DNA from: Candidatus Shapirobacteria bacterium | Lineage (GTDB): Bacteria > Patescibacteriota > Microgenomatia > UBA12405 | Length of the DNA: 64,000 nucleotides | Assembly (NCBI GenBank): GCA_041658955.1 | Contig: JBAZZE010000001.1 | Location: forward strand, 16,676-80,675 | Reading direction: 5' to 3' | Shown here: positions 1-7,440 of the stretch, piece by piece | Numbering within the stretch: position 1 is the first letter of the stretch | How the letters are laid out: each line of letters opens with the position of its first letter | Position numbers and translations under genes: made by a program | Notes under the pieces: generated by a model | Databases searched by the model: none | The model's input: the letters and a program-made list of their open reading frames with translations, nothing else | Told to the model about the DNA's origin: nothing

Positions 1-76
1 GCTTGCGGAGTTGTTTAACTTTTTTGCCGAGTATTGTCCGAACGGCAGCGGAAAGTTGGGGATTTGTTTTTGTCAT
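1..76 (-). CDS. Probable ribosomal protein L25/Ctc, N-terminal fragment running off the left edge
   Basis: Reverse complement of 1-76 begins ATG (74-76) and reads MTKTNPQLSAAVRTILGKKVKQLRK. This fits the L25/Ctc N-terminal pattern (A-x-x-R-x-x-x-GK ... LR). Only 25 aa are visible. Confidence 0.4.
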   Translation of the reverse strand, partial: MTKTNPQLSAAVRTILGKKVKQLRK

Positions 77-151
77 TTTATCTTGGATGCCTTTACCCTC
101 TAACACGGGGCTACCTCATCCACAGTTAGGTCAGAGGCTATTTTATCATAA

Positions 152-367
152 CTACCTAGATTGAGGAGTATTGGCATCAAATGTTGTTATTGCAAGATGA
201 CCTTCTATCAATACAGTTCTATGTGATGAAGCGGCGAGTGCTTCATCCTCTCGTTGGTGAATCAGTGATCTAATCTTCCCTACCTCCTCCAGTTTTCCAT
301 TCTTGCCAATTATGTGTACTGGCACATCAGCGGTTAAGGGGTCTTCTGGTGTTTTGAAAAGTTTCAT
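152..367 (-). CDS. Hypothetical small protein (71 aa)
   Basis: Intact ORF with no recognisable motif. I considered a TRAP-like fold and rejected it. Confidence 0.35.
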   Translation of the reverse strand: MKLFKTPEDPLTADVPVHIIGKNGKLEEVGKIRSLIHQREDEALAASSHRTVLIEGHLAITTFDANTPQSR

Positions 368-432
368 ATTTTGTTAACGATATTACATAAACATTATACC
401 TAAAATACCGTAAAAAGTCAAGGTCTAATATG

Positions 433-666
433 TTAAAAAAACACTTCCAGGTTTTCGGCAATATACATTTCACGGGTATGTTTATCCATTGCCCAAATGT
501 CTACCTGTTTTTGATTATTGATGTCTTGTTTGGATCGGGCCACAACCTCAGATGTGTGTCTTAGCATATTCAATCGTTGACCCTCCGCTATTCTCAAGGC
601 TTCCATTCTATCTTCAGCGCGCATGCAATCTAACATATGCCCTATTTTATCATGTATTGTATCCAC
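433..666 (-). CDS. Hypothetical protein (77 aa)
   Basis: ORF only. Confidence 0.3.
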   Translation of the reverse strand: MDTIHDKIGHMLDCMRAEDRMEALRIAEGQRLNMLRHTSEVVARSKQDINNQKQVDIWAMDKHTREMYIAENLEVFF

Positions 667-678
667 TTTTCCAAAAAT

Positions 679-706
679 TTGACAAAAAAATAATCTAACC
701 TATAAT
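679..706 (+). promoter_or_regulatory. Sigma-70-like promoter (TTGACA -16 nt- TATAAT)
   Basis: TTGACA at 679-684 and TATAAT at 701-706 with a 16-nt AT-rich spacer. It sits in the intergenic region upstream of the leader ORF, tRNA-Trp and trpB. Confidence 0.45.
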
Positions 707-716
707 TACAACAATT

Positions 717-788
717 ATGAAATCATTCGTCTCTCAAGCTTGGTGGCAAGTCCAAAGCCCAACCGCGGGAGATATTGATCTGTCATAA
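717..788 (+). CDS. Putative trp leader peptide (23 aa, MKSFVSQAWWQVQSPTAGDIDLS) with tandem Trp codons
   Basis: ATG at 717 lies about 11 nt after the -10 box. Codons 9 and 10 are TGG TGG (741-746). Stop TAA at 786-788, 27 nt before the terminator hairpin. Confidence 0.4.
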   Translation: MKSFVSQAWWQVQSPTAGDIDLS

Positions 789-814
789 GCCATTCTTTTT
801 TCCAAAATATCACA

Positions 815-836
815 CCCGCGCGAGCGGGTTTTTTGT
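815..836 (+). terminator. Intrinsic terminator / attenuator hairpin
   Basis: CCCGC-GCGA-GCGGG is a 5-bp all-GC stem with a GNRA loop (815-828), followed by TTTTTTGTTTT. The upstream CGCGGG (764-769) can pair with the left arm CCCGCG as an alternative antiterminator. Confidence 0.5.
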
Positions 837-858
837 TTTCTGGCACCTTTTTAAAAAT

Positions 859-929
859 AGGAATGTAGTTCAATGGTAGAGCTCCTGTCTCCAAAACAGG
901 CGATGATGGTTCGATTCCGTCCGTTCCTG
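859..929 (+). tRNA. tRNA-Trp (anticodon CCA)
   Basis: Hand-folded cloverleaf. Acceptor AGGAATG/CGTTCCT, D-arm GTTC-AATGGTA-GAGC, anticodon stem CCTGT/ACAGG with loop CTCCAAA, T-arm GATGG-TTCGATT-CCGTC. CCA is not encoded. Confidence 0.8.
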
Positions 930-1034
930 CTATGACCTTTATACATAAAATATTAGTTATTACGGCACCTAGTCGGTGGCGGATGTTTTGGCGAAGTACT
1001 TATTTTTCCTTTATATCTTTAAATTTAAATTCTT

Positions 1035-2225
1035 ATGAAAAATTATCAAAAACTTATCAAAAACGGTTATTTTGGACAGTACGGTGGGCGTTTTGTTCCA
1101 CCTCAACTTGAAGATGTCTTGAAACATCTCGAAGTTGAGTACCATAAAGCGATCAAAGATCCCCAGTTCAAAAAGGAGTTGACTTATTGTTATCACCATT
1201 ACGCCGGTCGTCCTAGTCCACTTTATTTTGCCAAGAGGCTAACCAAAGTCTGCAACGGTGCCCAAATATATTTAAAACGAGAAGACCTCAATCATACCGG
1301 CGCTCACAAGATAAATAATGCTTTAGGCCAAGCACTTTTGGCTCGTAGAATGGGCAAAACCAAGTTAATTGCTGAAACCGGAGCTGGTCAGCATGGTGTG
1401 GCCACAGCTACTGTTGCTGCCATCTTTGGCATGAAATGTGATGTCTATATGGGTCAACGTGACATGGACAATCAAAACATTAATGTCTATCGCATGAAAC
1501 TTCTAGGTGCCAATGTTATTCCGGTAACTGGAGGACAGAAGACTCTCAAAGATGCGGTTGATGCGGCTCTTATGGCCTACATCAAAGAATCTGATGCTTA
1601 TTATCTATTAGGTTCAGCAGTTGGTCCTCACCCATACCCCTCTATGGTTCGTGATTTCCAAAAAATAATTGGTCAGGAAGCCAAAAGACAATTCCGAAAA
1701 ACTAATTCTTCGCTACCTGACTATTTAGTGGCCTGTATTGGCGGAGGTTCAAATGCTATTGGACTTTTTTATCCATTTATATTCAACAAAAGTGTCAGAA
1801 TGATTGGGGTGGAACCAGCTGGACTTGGTGCTAAAAGTGGTCGTCATGGCTTATCTTTAGGACAAGGAAAAGTCGGTCAAATCCATGGATATAACTGTCT
1901 TGTCCTTCAGGATAAGGATGGTCATATCGCTGAATCGTATTCAGCCGCTTCTGGACTTGATTATCCCGGTGTCGGGCCTGAACTTTGTTATCTAAGGGAT
2001 ATCGGCCGTCTGGAAACAACTGGTATCACCGATGCTATGGCTGTTAGCGCCTTCAAGGCCTTGTCTCAATTGGAGGGAATAATTCCTGCTCTTGAGTCAG
2101 CTCATGCAATAGCTTATGCCATTGAATTGGCCAAAACGTTATCAAAAGAAAAAACCATCATCGTCAACCTCTCTGGCCGAGGTGATAAAGATGTAGTTAA
2201 CGTTTATCAAAATTTAATGAAGTAG
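1035..2225 (+). CDS. trpB: Tryptophan synthase beta subunit (TrpB1-type)
   Basis: Carries the PLP-lysine motif LNHTGAHKINNALGQALLARRMGK. The 396-aa length and overall layout are typical of TrpB. Confidence 0.9.
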   Translation: MKNYQKLIKNGYFGQYGGRFVPPQLEDVLKHLEVEYHKAIKDPQFKKELTYCYHHYAGRPSPLYFAKRLTKVCNGAQIYLKREDLNHTGAHKINNALGQALLARRMGKTKLIAETGAGQHGVATATVAAIFGMKCDVYMGQRDMDNQNINVYRMKLLGANVIPVTGGQKTLKDAVDAALMAYIKESDAYYLLGSAVGPHPYPSMVRDFQKIIGQEAKRQFRKTNSSLPDYLVACIGGGSNAIGLFYPFIFNKSVRMIGVEPAGLGAKSGRHGLSLGQGKVGQIHGYNCLVLQDKDGHIAESYSAASGLDYPGVGPELCYLRDIGRLETTGITDAMAVSAFKALSQLEGIIPALESAHAIAYAIELAKTLSKEKTIIVNLSGRGDKDVVNVYQNLMK

Positions 2226-2268
2226 CAATTACTCCCCCTCCTCAATTGGGGAGGGGGAAAAAATATAA

Positions 2269-3747
2269 ATGTTAAACTCAAATATAAATATGGATCCATT
2301 AATACAAAAAAATAACGAAATCTTAGTCAAACTCGGTATCGAGTTTACATCAATCGAGCATCCTCCTTTTAAGGAGATCTTCGATTGTATGCGTCACCTT
2401 GGCTTACCCATTTCTGAAGGTTTTTCTACTTTAGTTATGAAAGCAGACGATCAGTATGTCGCTATTATTCGCCGGGATGATTGTCAGCTCGATCTTGATC
2501 GTGCTTGTCAACTTATTGGGTGTAAAAAATTAAGTCTAGCTTCACCTTCGGAATTTGAAGCCCTAACCCACACACCTTCTGGTGCCGCTTTTGTTGTTAA
2601 TCCGGTTACCGCCACCTACTTGGATCAAAAACTTTTTGAAAAAGAATTTCTTATGGGTGGTTCAGGTAGTCTTTCGATTACCAATCGATACCGTTCAGCT
2701 GATCTTAAAAAAATTCCTGGTAGTAAAGTTGTTGATATTGCGACCCTTAAAGCTCGCAAGCGCATCTTAACTGGGGATACCCCTAGTGGTCGCCTCCATC
2801 TCGGACATTATGTTGGTACTCTTGAAAACCGTGTTCGTCTTCAGGATGAATATGAGACTTTCATTCTTTTGGCCAATGTTCATGCTTATGCCAATAATTA
2901 TCGCGACTCAGAGACTATTAATAAAAACGTCTACGAAGTGTTTTTAGACAACTTAGCAGTGGGTATCGATCCCAATAAATCTACAATTTATCTAGAATCT
3001 GGTATCCCAGAGACCATGGAACTTTATAGTTATTTTCTAACTATGGTTACTCATGCCCGTGCACTCCGAAACCCGTCCGTCAAAGAAGAAATTAAATATA
3101 AAAAAATAGACCCATCCATCGGCTTTATCGTCTATCCCGTACTTCAAGCTGCCGATATTCTCGGTTTTAATGCCAACTTGGTCCCGGTCGGTGAAGACCA
3201 GTCTCCAGTCATCGAACAAACTAGAGAAATTGCCCGTGACTTCAATAAAGCTTTTGGGACTACTTTCAATATTCCCGATGCTATGATTGGCCGAGTTCCT
3301 CGTCTGGTTGGTACCGATGGTCTTACTAAGATGAGCAAAAGTGGTGGCAATGCCATCCTTCTCTCTGATGATGAAGCGACTCTTAAGAAGAAAATTCAAG
3401 CATGTTATACCGATCCTCAACGGGTTCACGCCACCGATCCAGGAAGAGTTGAAGGTAACCCTGTATTCGAATATCATCGTGCATTTAATCCCAATAAAGA
3501 AGAAGTAGCCGATTTGGAAGCTCGTTATCTGGTTGGTAAGGTGGGGGATAAAGAAGTTAAAGACAAACTCTTTATCGCCCTTAATACCTTTTTGGAACCT
3601 ATTCGCGCTAAAAGGAAATATTATGAAGACAATCCCGATATTGCCAAACAGATTCTTATCGAAGGCACCAAAAGAGCCAGAACCATCGTCGCTTCAGTAA
3701 CTAGTGAAGTCCGCGAAAAAATGGCATTTAACAAGCTTCTAAGTTGA
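2269..3747 (+). CDS. trpS: Tryptophanyl-tRNA synthetase with an N-terminal YbaK/ProX-like (tRNA_edit) domain
   Basis: C-terminal class I aaRS signatures: HLGHYVG (HIGH) and KMSKS. The N-terminal ~165 aa matches the YbaK/ProX deacylase pattern (LDLDRACQLIGCKKLSLASPSEFEALTHTPSGAAFVVNP ... GGSGSLSI). Confidence 0.85.
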   Translation: MLNSNINMDPLIQKNNEILVKLGIEFTSIEHPPFKEIFDCMRHLGLPISEGFSTLVMKADDQYVAIIRRDDCQLDLDRACQLIGCKKLSLASPSEFEALTHTPSGAAFVVNPVTATYLDQKLFEKEFLMGGSGSLSITNRYRSADLKKIPGSKVVDIATLKARKRILTGDTPSGRLHLGHYVGTLENRVRLQDEYETFILLANVHAYANNYRDSETINKNVYEVFLDNLAVGIDPNKSTIYLESGIPETMELYSYFLTMVTHARALRNPSVKEEIKYKKIDPSIGFIVYPVLQAADILGFNANLVPVGEDQSPVIEQTREIARDFNKAFGTTFNIPDAMIGRVPRLVGTDGLTKMSKSGGNAILLSDDEATLKKKIQACYTDPQRVHATDPGRVEGNPVFEYHRAFNPNKEEVADLEARYLVGKVGDKEVKDKLFIALNTFLEPIRAKRKYYEDNPDIAKQILIEGTKRARTIVASVTSEVREKMAFNKLLS

Positions 3748-3751
3748 TCAT

Positions 3752-4612
3752 ATGAGTTGGCTAGTACTAACTATCCTTGGTATGTTTGCAGTCGCTACTG
3801 CCGATGTTAGTCAAAAAATTACTCTCAAAGGCCAGTCACCACTTAGTAGTATTACCAATAACTTCCTTGTCTGGAATGGTATTGGTGTTTTGGCTTTGAT
3901 CTATTTTTTACTTTCAGGGCAAAAATTTCCGGTACTGACACCAACCTTTTATTATCAATTTGCCCCCATGACAGTTCTTTATTTTCTCGGGGGAACTTTT
4001 TATTATCAAAGTTTTAAAAGTAAAAGTGTTTCTATCTCGGCAGTTCTGGCCACCATATCTTCAGTTATGACCACTGTTTTGGGTATATTTCTCTATGGTG
4101 AGAGTACTCATCCTTTAAAATTTCTGGGTTCAGCTTTTATTATCGTGGCAATTTTCATGGTTAATTTTCATAAGAATTCTCATTTTGATAAATATAACCT
4201 TTATGCCCTCTTGGGTGGAATTTTTTATGGTTTTGCTTATGCTCTCGACAAACATTTTGTCCTCAACTCAACTCCTGACTTTTATCAAATTGTTCTCTGT
4301 TTTGCAGTTGGTATGGCTAGCCTTATCTTTAGCCCAGCCAGAATCGTTAAAGAACTTAAGCATTTTCACCGAGGACTTCTAATCTCAATAATATCTTCAA
4401 CCTTCTTTTTCTTTCTCTATCAGAAGTTTTACTTTCTGGCTTATACTCGCGGCGGGGAGGTGGGTCGGATTGATGTCCTTAATAACACCACCATCTTTAT
4501 CGTTATTTTACTTGAGTACTTTTTACTAAAAGACAGGACAAATCTCCGACAAAAGATTCTTTCGGCAATAATAGCAGTTATCGGAGCAACTTTACTTTCT
4601 ATCGCAAACTAA
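3752..4612 (+). CDS. Membrane protein, EamA/DMT-type transporter-like (about 10 TM)
   Basis: Hydrophobicity pattern with two repeated 5-TM halves. No sharper motif. Confidence 0.45.
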   Translation: MSWLVLTILGMFAVATADVSQKITLKGQSPLSSITNNFLVWNGIGVLALIYFLLSGQKFPVLTPTFYYQFAPMTVLYFLGGTFYYQSFKSKSVSISAVLATISSVMTTVLGIFLYGESTHPLKFLGSAFIIVAIFMVNFHKNSHFDKYNLYALLGGIFYGFAYALDKHFVLNSTPDFYQIVLCFAVGMASLIFSPARIVKELKHFHRGLLISIISSTFFFFLYQKFYFLAYTRGGEVGRIDVLNNTTIFIVILLEYFLLKDRTNLRQKILSAIIAVIGATLLSIAN

Positions 4613-4920
4613 AAAGGCACTTTTTCGAGGTTGATGTAGGTTCCAATTGAGTTGCCTAAGGCATAAGCAGTAATTACAAAGACATTATTTCCCATTCCAT
4701 TAGCGATCTGAGTGATGATGAACAAAGCAACTAAGGTCTCAAAAAATACTAAGAGGGCTGCAGCGATAGATTTGCCGTTTGAAATCCAATAGGTTCTTTG
4801 GGTGGCCAAAAACATCTCCAAAAACCCTACGCCAAAGTAGCCTAATATTTGACCTATTAAATGCCAATTCATAATTTTTTTGTTTAATTGTAGAGCTACG
4901 CCCGAGCGGGTCTGTCCCAC
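4609..4920 (-). CDS. Hypothetical small membrane protein
   Basis: ORF with 2-3 predicted TM segments. Confidence 0.3.
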   Translation of the reverse strand: MGQTRSGVALQLNKKIMNWHLIGQILGYFGVGFLEMFLATQRTYWISNGKSIAAALLVFFETLVALFIITQIANGMGNNVFVITAYALGNSIGTYINLEKVPF

Positions 4921-5147
4921 CAGGGTCGTTTATTTGATCTTTTTTCATTCATTTAGTGAACAAAACTATTAATTATATCCTATATTACGGAAATATTCAA
5001 TCACCAGCAAAATGGTCAGCATAATTTTAAAAAACCTACTATTTTAGGTTATAATTCCCATAGCTTTTGCAAGCTCGCCTTGCCGAAGCTAACGCACGCA
5101 GTTCTCTGGCAGGCTTGCCTTGCCGAAGTTCTGCAGAGCAGAACAAA

Positions 5148-5221
5148 GGCAGGATAGCTCAGTTGGTTAGAGCATCGCATTCATAACGCGAAGGTCGCGG
5201 GTTCAAGTCCCGCTCCTGCTA
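5148..5221 (+). tRNA. tRNA with anticodon CAU (elongator Met or lysidine-Ile2)
   Basis: Acceptor GGCAGGA/TCCTGCT (1:72 is G:U), D-arm GCTC-AGTTGGTTA-GAGC, anticodon loop TTCATAA, T-arm GCGGG-TTCAAGT-CCCGC. The anticodon stem is not three G-C pairs and 11:24 is Y:R, so it is not the initiator. Confidence 0.75.
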
Positions 5222-5224
5222 CTA

Positions 5225-5298
5225 GGGCATGTAGCTCAGTCGGTTAGAGCACCGATCTTATAAGTCGGGGGTCCATGGTTCGAGTCCATGCATGCCTA
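5225..5298 (+). tRNA. tRNA-Ile (anticodon UAU)
   Basis: Acceptor GGGCATG/CATGCCT, D-arm GCTC-AGTCGGTTA-GAGC, anticodon stem CCGAT/GTCGG with loop CTTATAA (U33, then TAT, then A37), 5-nt variable loop, T-arm CATGG-TTCGAGT-CCATG. Confidence 0.7.
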
Positions 5299-5301
5299 CT
5301 T

Positions 5302-5964
5302 GTGGAAAAACATATTCGAGCTAAGTCACTCAAACTTACTTCTACGGTCAAATGGTACGATCAAAATGCCAAAAAATTTGATTCTTTAATCTCATCTCTT
5401 GCCATCCCTGAACACATCAATACTTTTCGGGAACAATTGTTCCCGGGAGCCTTCGTACTTGATGCTGGTTGTGGTTCTGGACGTGATACCGCCCTTCTTG
5501 AAGCTAAAAAATTGATTTTAACTGGACTAGATCTTTCTACTGAGTTATTAAAAATTGCCCAAAAAAGGTGTCCCCAAGCCAAATTTGTTCAAGGTAATTT
5601 ACTCGATCTCCCTTTCAGAAACGAATCCTTTGATGGTGTTTGGGCCAATGCTTGTTTGGTTCACCTCAAAAATAATGTGGCAGTCAAAAAAGCCCTATCC
5701 GAATTCCACCGAGCACTAAAAAAAGACGGTGTTTTACATATATTTGTCAGAGCAAACCTCGGTGGTAAAAAGGTACTTTTTCATCAAGACGCTCAATCTC
5801 AATTCAAAAGACTCTTCCACAACTTTACCCTGTCTGAAGTCACCAGTTTACTATCCGAAGCTGGATTCAAAGAATTGTTTACTACCCAAACAAAAGAAAT
5901 AGACCAACACCCCCAAGGCCGAGCTGATGTCGAATGGATTCACTCAATTAGTCACAAAATCTAA
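5302..5964 (+). CDS. Class I SAM-dependent methyltransferase
   Basis: Motif I VLDAGCGSGRD, then a LDLS ... post-I acidic motif. The ORF-track start at 5275 lies inside the tRNA, so the true start is probably GTG 5302 or later. Confidence 0.65.
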   Translation: MEKHIRAKSLKLTSTVKWYDQNAKKFDSLISSLAIPEHINTFREQLFPGAFVLDAGCGSGRDTALLEAKKLILTGLDLSTELLKIAQKRCPQAKFVQGNLLDLPFRNESFDGVWANACLVHLKNNVAVKKALSEFHRALKKDGVLHIFVRANLGGKKVLFHQDAQSQFKRLFHNFTLSEVTSLLSEAGFKELFTTQTKEIDQHPQGRADVEWIHSISHKI

Positions 5965-6007
5965 TTAGTTAACAAAAAAGCCGTCAAGTTAATGACGACC
6001 TCTTTGT

Positions 6008-6080
6008 TGGTTGCGGGGCCGGGAGTTGAACCCGGCCTGTGAGATTATGAGCCTCACGTGCAGCCGTACACTACCCCGCA
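6008..6080 (-). tRNA. tRNA with anticodon CAU (Met or Ile2); CCA encoded
   Basis: The reverse complement folds with acceptor TGCGGGG/CCCCGCA, anticodon loop CTCATAA, T-arm CCGGG-TTCAACT-CCCGG, and a genomic ACCA at the 3' end. Confidence 0.7.
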
Positions 6081-6136
6081 TATCTTGTCACACGCTCAAA
6101 ATATATCATGAGCTTGTCGAATGACTGCTTATTCTA

Positions 6137-6550
6137 TCACAATAATCCTTTTGTAAACAGCTTCCACCATTTTATCAAATTTGGCTCAGTTTCCACTTCA
6201 TTTACTTCGCTAGTAATTCTCTCCTCTTTTGTAATCGACGGTAGGGCAATCCACCTATCATTCTCAGTACCTACACCAAAGTATTGCCTCTGATTCCGGC
6301 TTATTGTAGCGCTACTCGTCGATTCTTCTACTAATCGTTGGTACTTCTTTTTCTCTATTTCTAGCTCGTTCACTCTTCTTTCTAGAGTATCAACCCTATT
6401 CCTGGCTGCTTTTAAAGTTATAAATTGCCGGTAAATGTTAATTAGCGAAGAATAAATGATATATCCCAGTATTACGTAAAAAAGGATTTGTTTTGCCCGT
6501 TGCCACCGTTCTGATTGTGTTTTGTCCTTATTTGTGTTACTATAAGTCAT
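6137..6550 (-). CDS. FtsB/DivIC-like septum-formation initiator (one TM plus coiled coil)
   Basis: One N-terminal TM helix (ILFYVILGYIIYSSLINIY) followed by a heptad coiled coil (RVDTLERRVNELEIEKKKYQRL). Confidence 0.4.
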   Translation of the reverse strand: MTYSNTNKDKTQSERWQRAKQILFYVILGYIIYSSLINIYRQFITLKAARNRVDTLERRVNELEIEKKKYQRLVEESTSSATISRNQRQYFGVGTENDRWIALPSITKEERITSEVNEVETEPNLIKWWKLFTKGLL

Positions 6551-6573
6551 CTTTTCAAGTTAAATTAAATATC

Positions 6574-7440
6574 ATGAGTCAAATAACCATCGATGCTGCC
6601 CTCAATTTGTTTACTGGAGCGCTTGCCAAAAAAGGTAAGTCTACCAATACTATTGTAGCCTACAAGGGAGACATCAACCAGCTTATTAACTATCTTAAAA
6701 CCCAAGAGATCATTACCATAGATGGTATTTTGGCTAGCCACATTGAAGGCTTCAAAAAAGATTTAATTAATAACAACTATACTGCCAAATCAGTTTCTAG
6801 AAAATTAAATTCCATCAAAAACTTTTTCTCATTTTTAGTTTCTGAAGGTGTAATTACTAAGGATCCTTCCACCGAAGTTAAGCATCCAAAATACGAAAAT
6901 GATATTCCTAAGATTCTCAAACCATTAGAATATCGTTCACTTCGTGATGCTTGTCGCAATGATGTCCGTTCTACTGCTATTGTCGAACTCATGCTTCAAT
7001 CAGGACTTCGAATTAAAGAGATCGAAAACCTAAAATTAGAAAATATTCGCGAGAATGACATTTTCATCGAAAGCTATGAGAGTCACTCATCCCGTGTAGT
7101 TCCTTTAAACAATTCTGCTAAGACTGCTCTAAAAAAATACCTCGATGAAGGCCGTTACCAAACAAAAGCCAAGAACGTTTTTGTTACCAAGACTGGTCGT
7201 CATCTCTTAGCCCGTAATATCCGTAGTTTACTCAATCGTTACTTCGACAAAGCCGATATCAAAGGTGTCAAGGTCAACGACTTGAGAAATACCTTTATCG
7301 TTTTCCAACTAAAATCAGGCGTACCTATTGATGTCGTCTCTCAAGTTGTTGGACATAAGCGTATTTCCACTACCGAAAAATATCTTGAACTCATCGATTC
7401 CAAAGAAGAATCAAAGGGAATCAAGTTAAAAGAATTGTAA
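6574..7440 (+). CDS. Tyrosine recombinase, XerC/XerD/phage-integrase family
   Basis: N-terminal SAM-like domain. Catalytic residues present: R (GLRIKE), LRNTF, HKRISTTEKYLE (H-x-x-R ... Y). I placed the start at ATG 6574 (MSQITID) rather than 6493, which overlaps the upstream gene. Confidence 0.75.
   Translation: MSQITIDAALNLFTGALAKKGKSTNTIVAYKGDINQLINYLKTQEIITIDGILASHIEGFKKDLINNNYTAKSVSRKLNSIKNFFSFLVSEGVITKDPSTEVKHPKYENDIPKILKPLEYRSLRDACRNDVRSTAIVELMLQSGLRIKEIENLKLENIRENDIFIESYESHSSRVVPLNNSAKTALKKYLDEGRYQTKAKNVFVTKTGRHLLARNIRSLLNRYFDKADIKGVKVNDLRNTFIVFQLKSGVPIDVVSQVVGHKRISTTEKYLELIDSKEESKGIKLKEL

Noticed and set aside
152-367. The 71-aa ORF next to the Trp cluster as a TRAP (MtrB)-like trp RNA-binding attenuation protein
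   Set aside because: Size and beta-rich character match, but manual alignment to B. subtilis TRAP shows none of the key Trp-binding (T-R-G-T) or RNA-binding (K37/K56/R58) residues. Left as hypothetical.
730-836. A T-box riboswitch upstream of tRNA-Trp/trpS (GGTGGCAAG ... CCGCGGG resembles the T-box core)
   Set aside because: The leader is only ~100 nt. There is no Stem I with a specifier loop or AG-box. The GGUGG ... ACCGCG spacing is wrong. The WW leader-peptide attenuator model fits better.
3037-3477. Antisense and internal ORFs of 60-173 aa embedded in confidently called genes (e.g. 3037-3477 -, 30105-30626 -, 59880-60455 -, 42764-43087 +)
   Set aside because: They lie entirely within stronger same-locus genes, are low-complexity, and have no motifs. 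Treated as frame artefacts.
5275-5301. ORF-track start of the methyltransferase at 5275
   Set aside because: It lies inside the tRNA-Ile(UAU) gene. An in-frame GTG at 5302, immediately after the tRNA, is the more plausible start.
6493-6573. Extended N-terminus of the tyrosine recombinase (ORF track 6493)
   Set aside because: It overlaps the convergent FtsB-like gene and adds a hydrophobic extension with no match to the recombinase fold. ATG 6574 (MSQITID) gives a canonical start.
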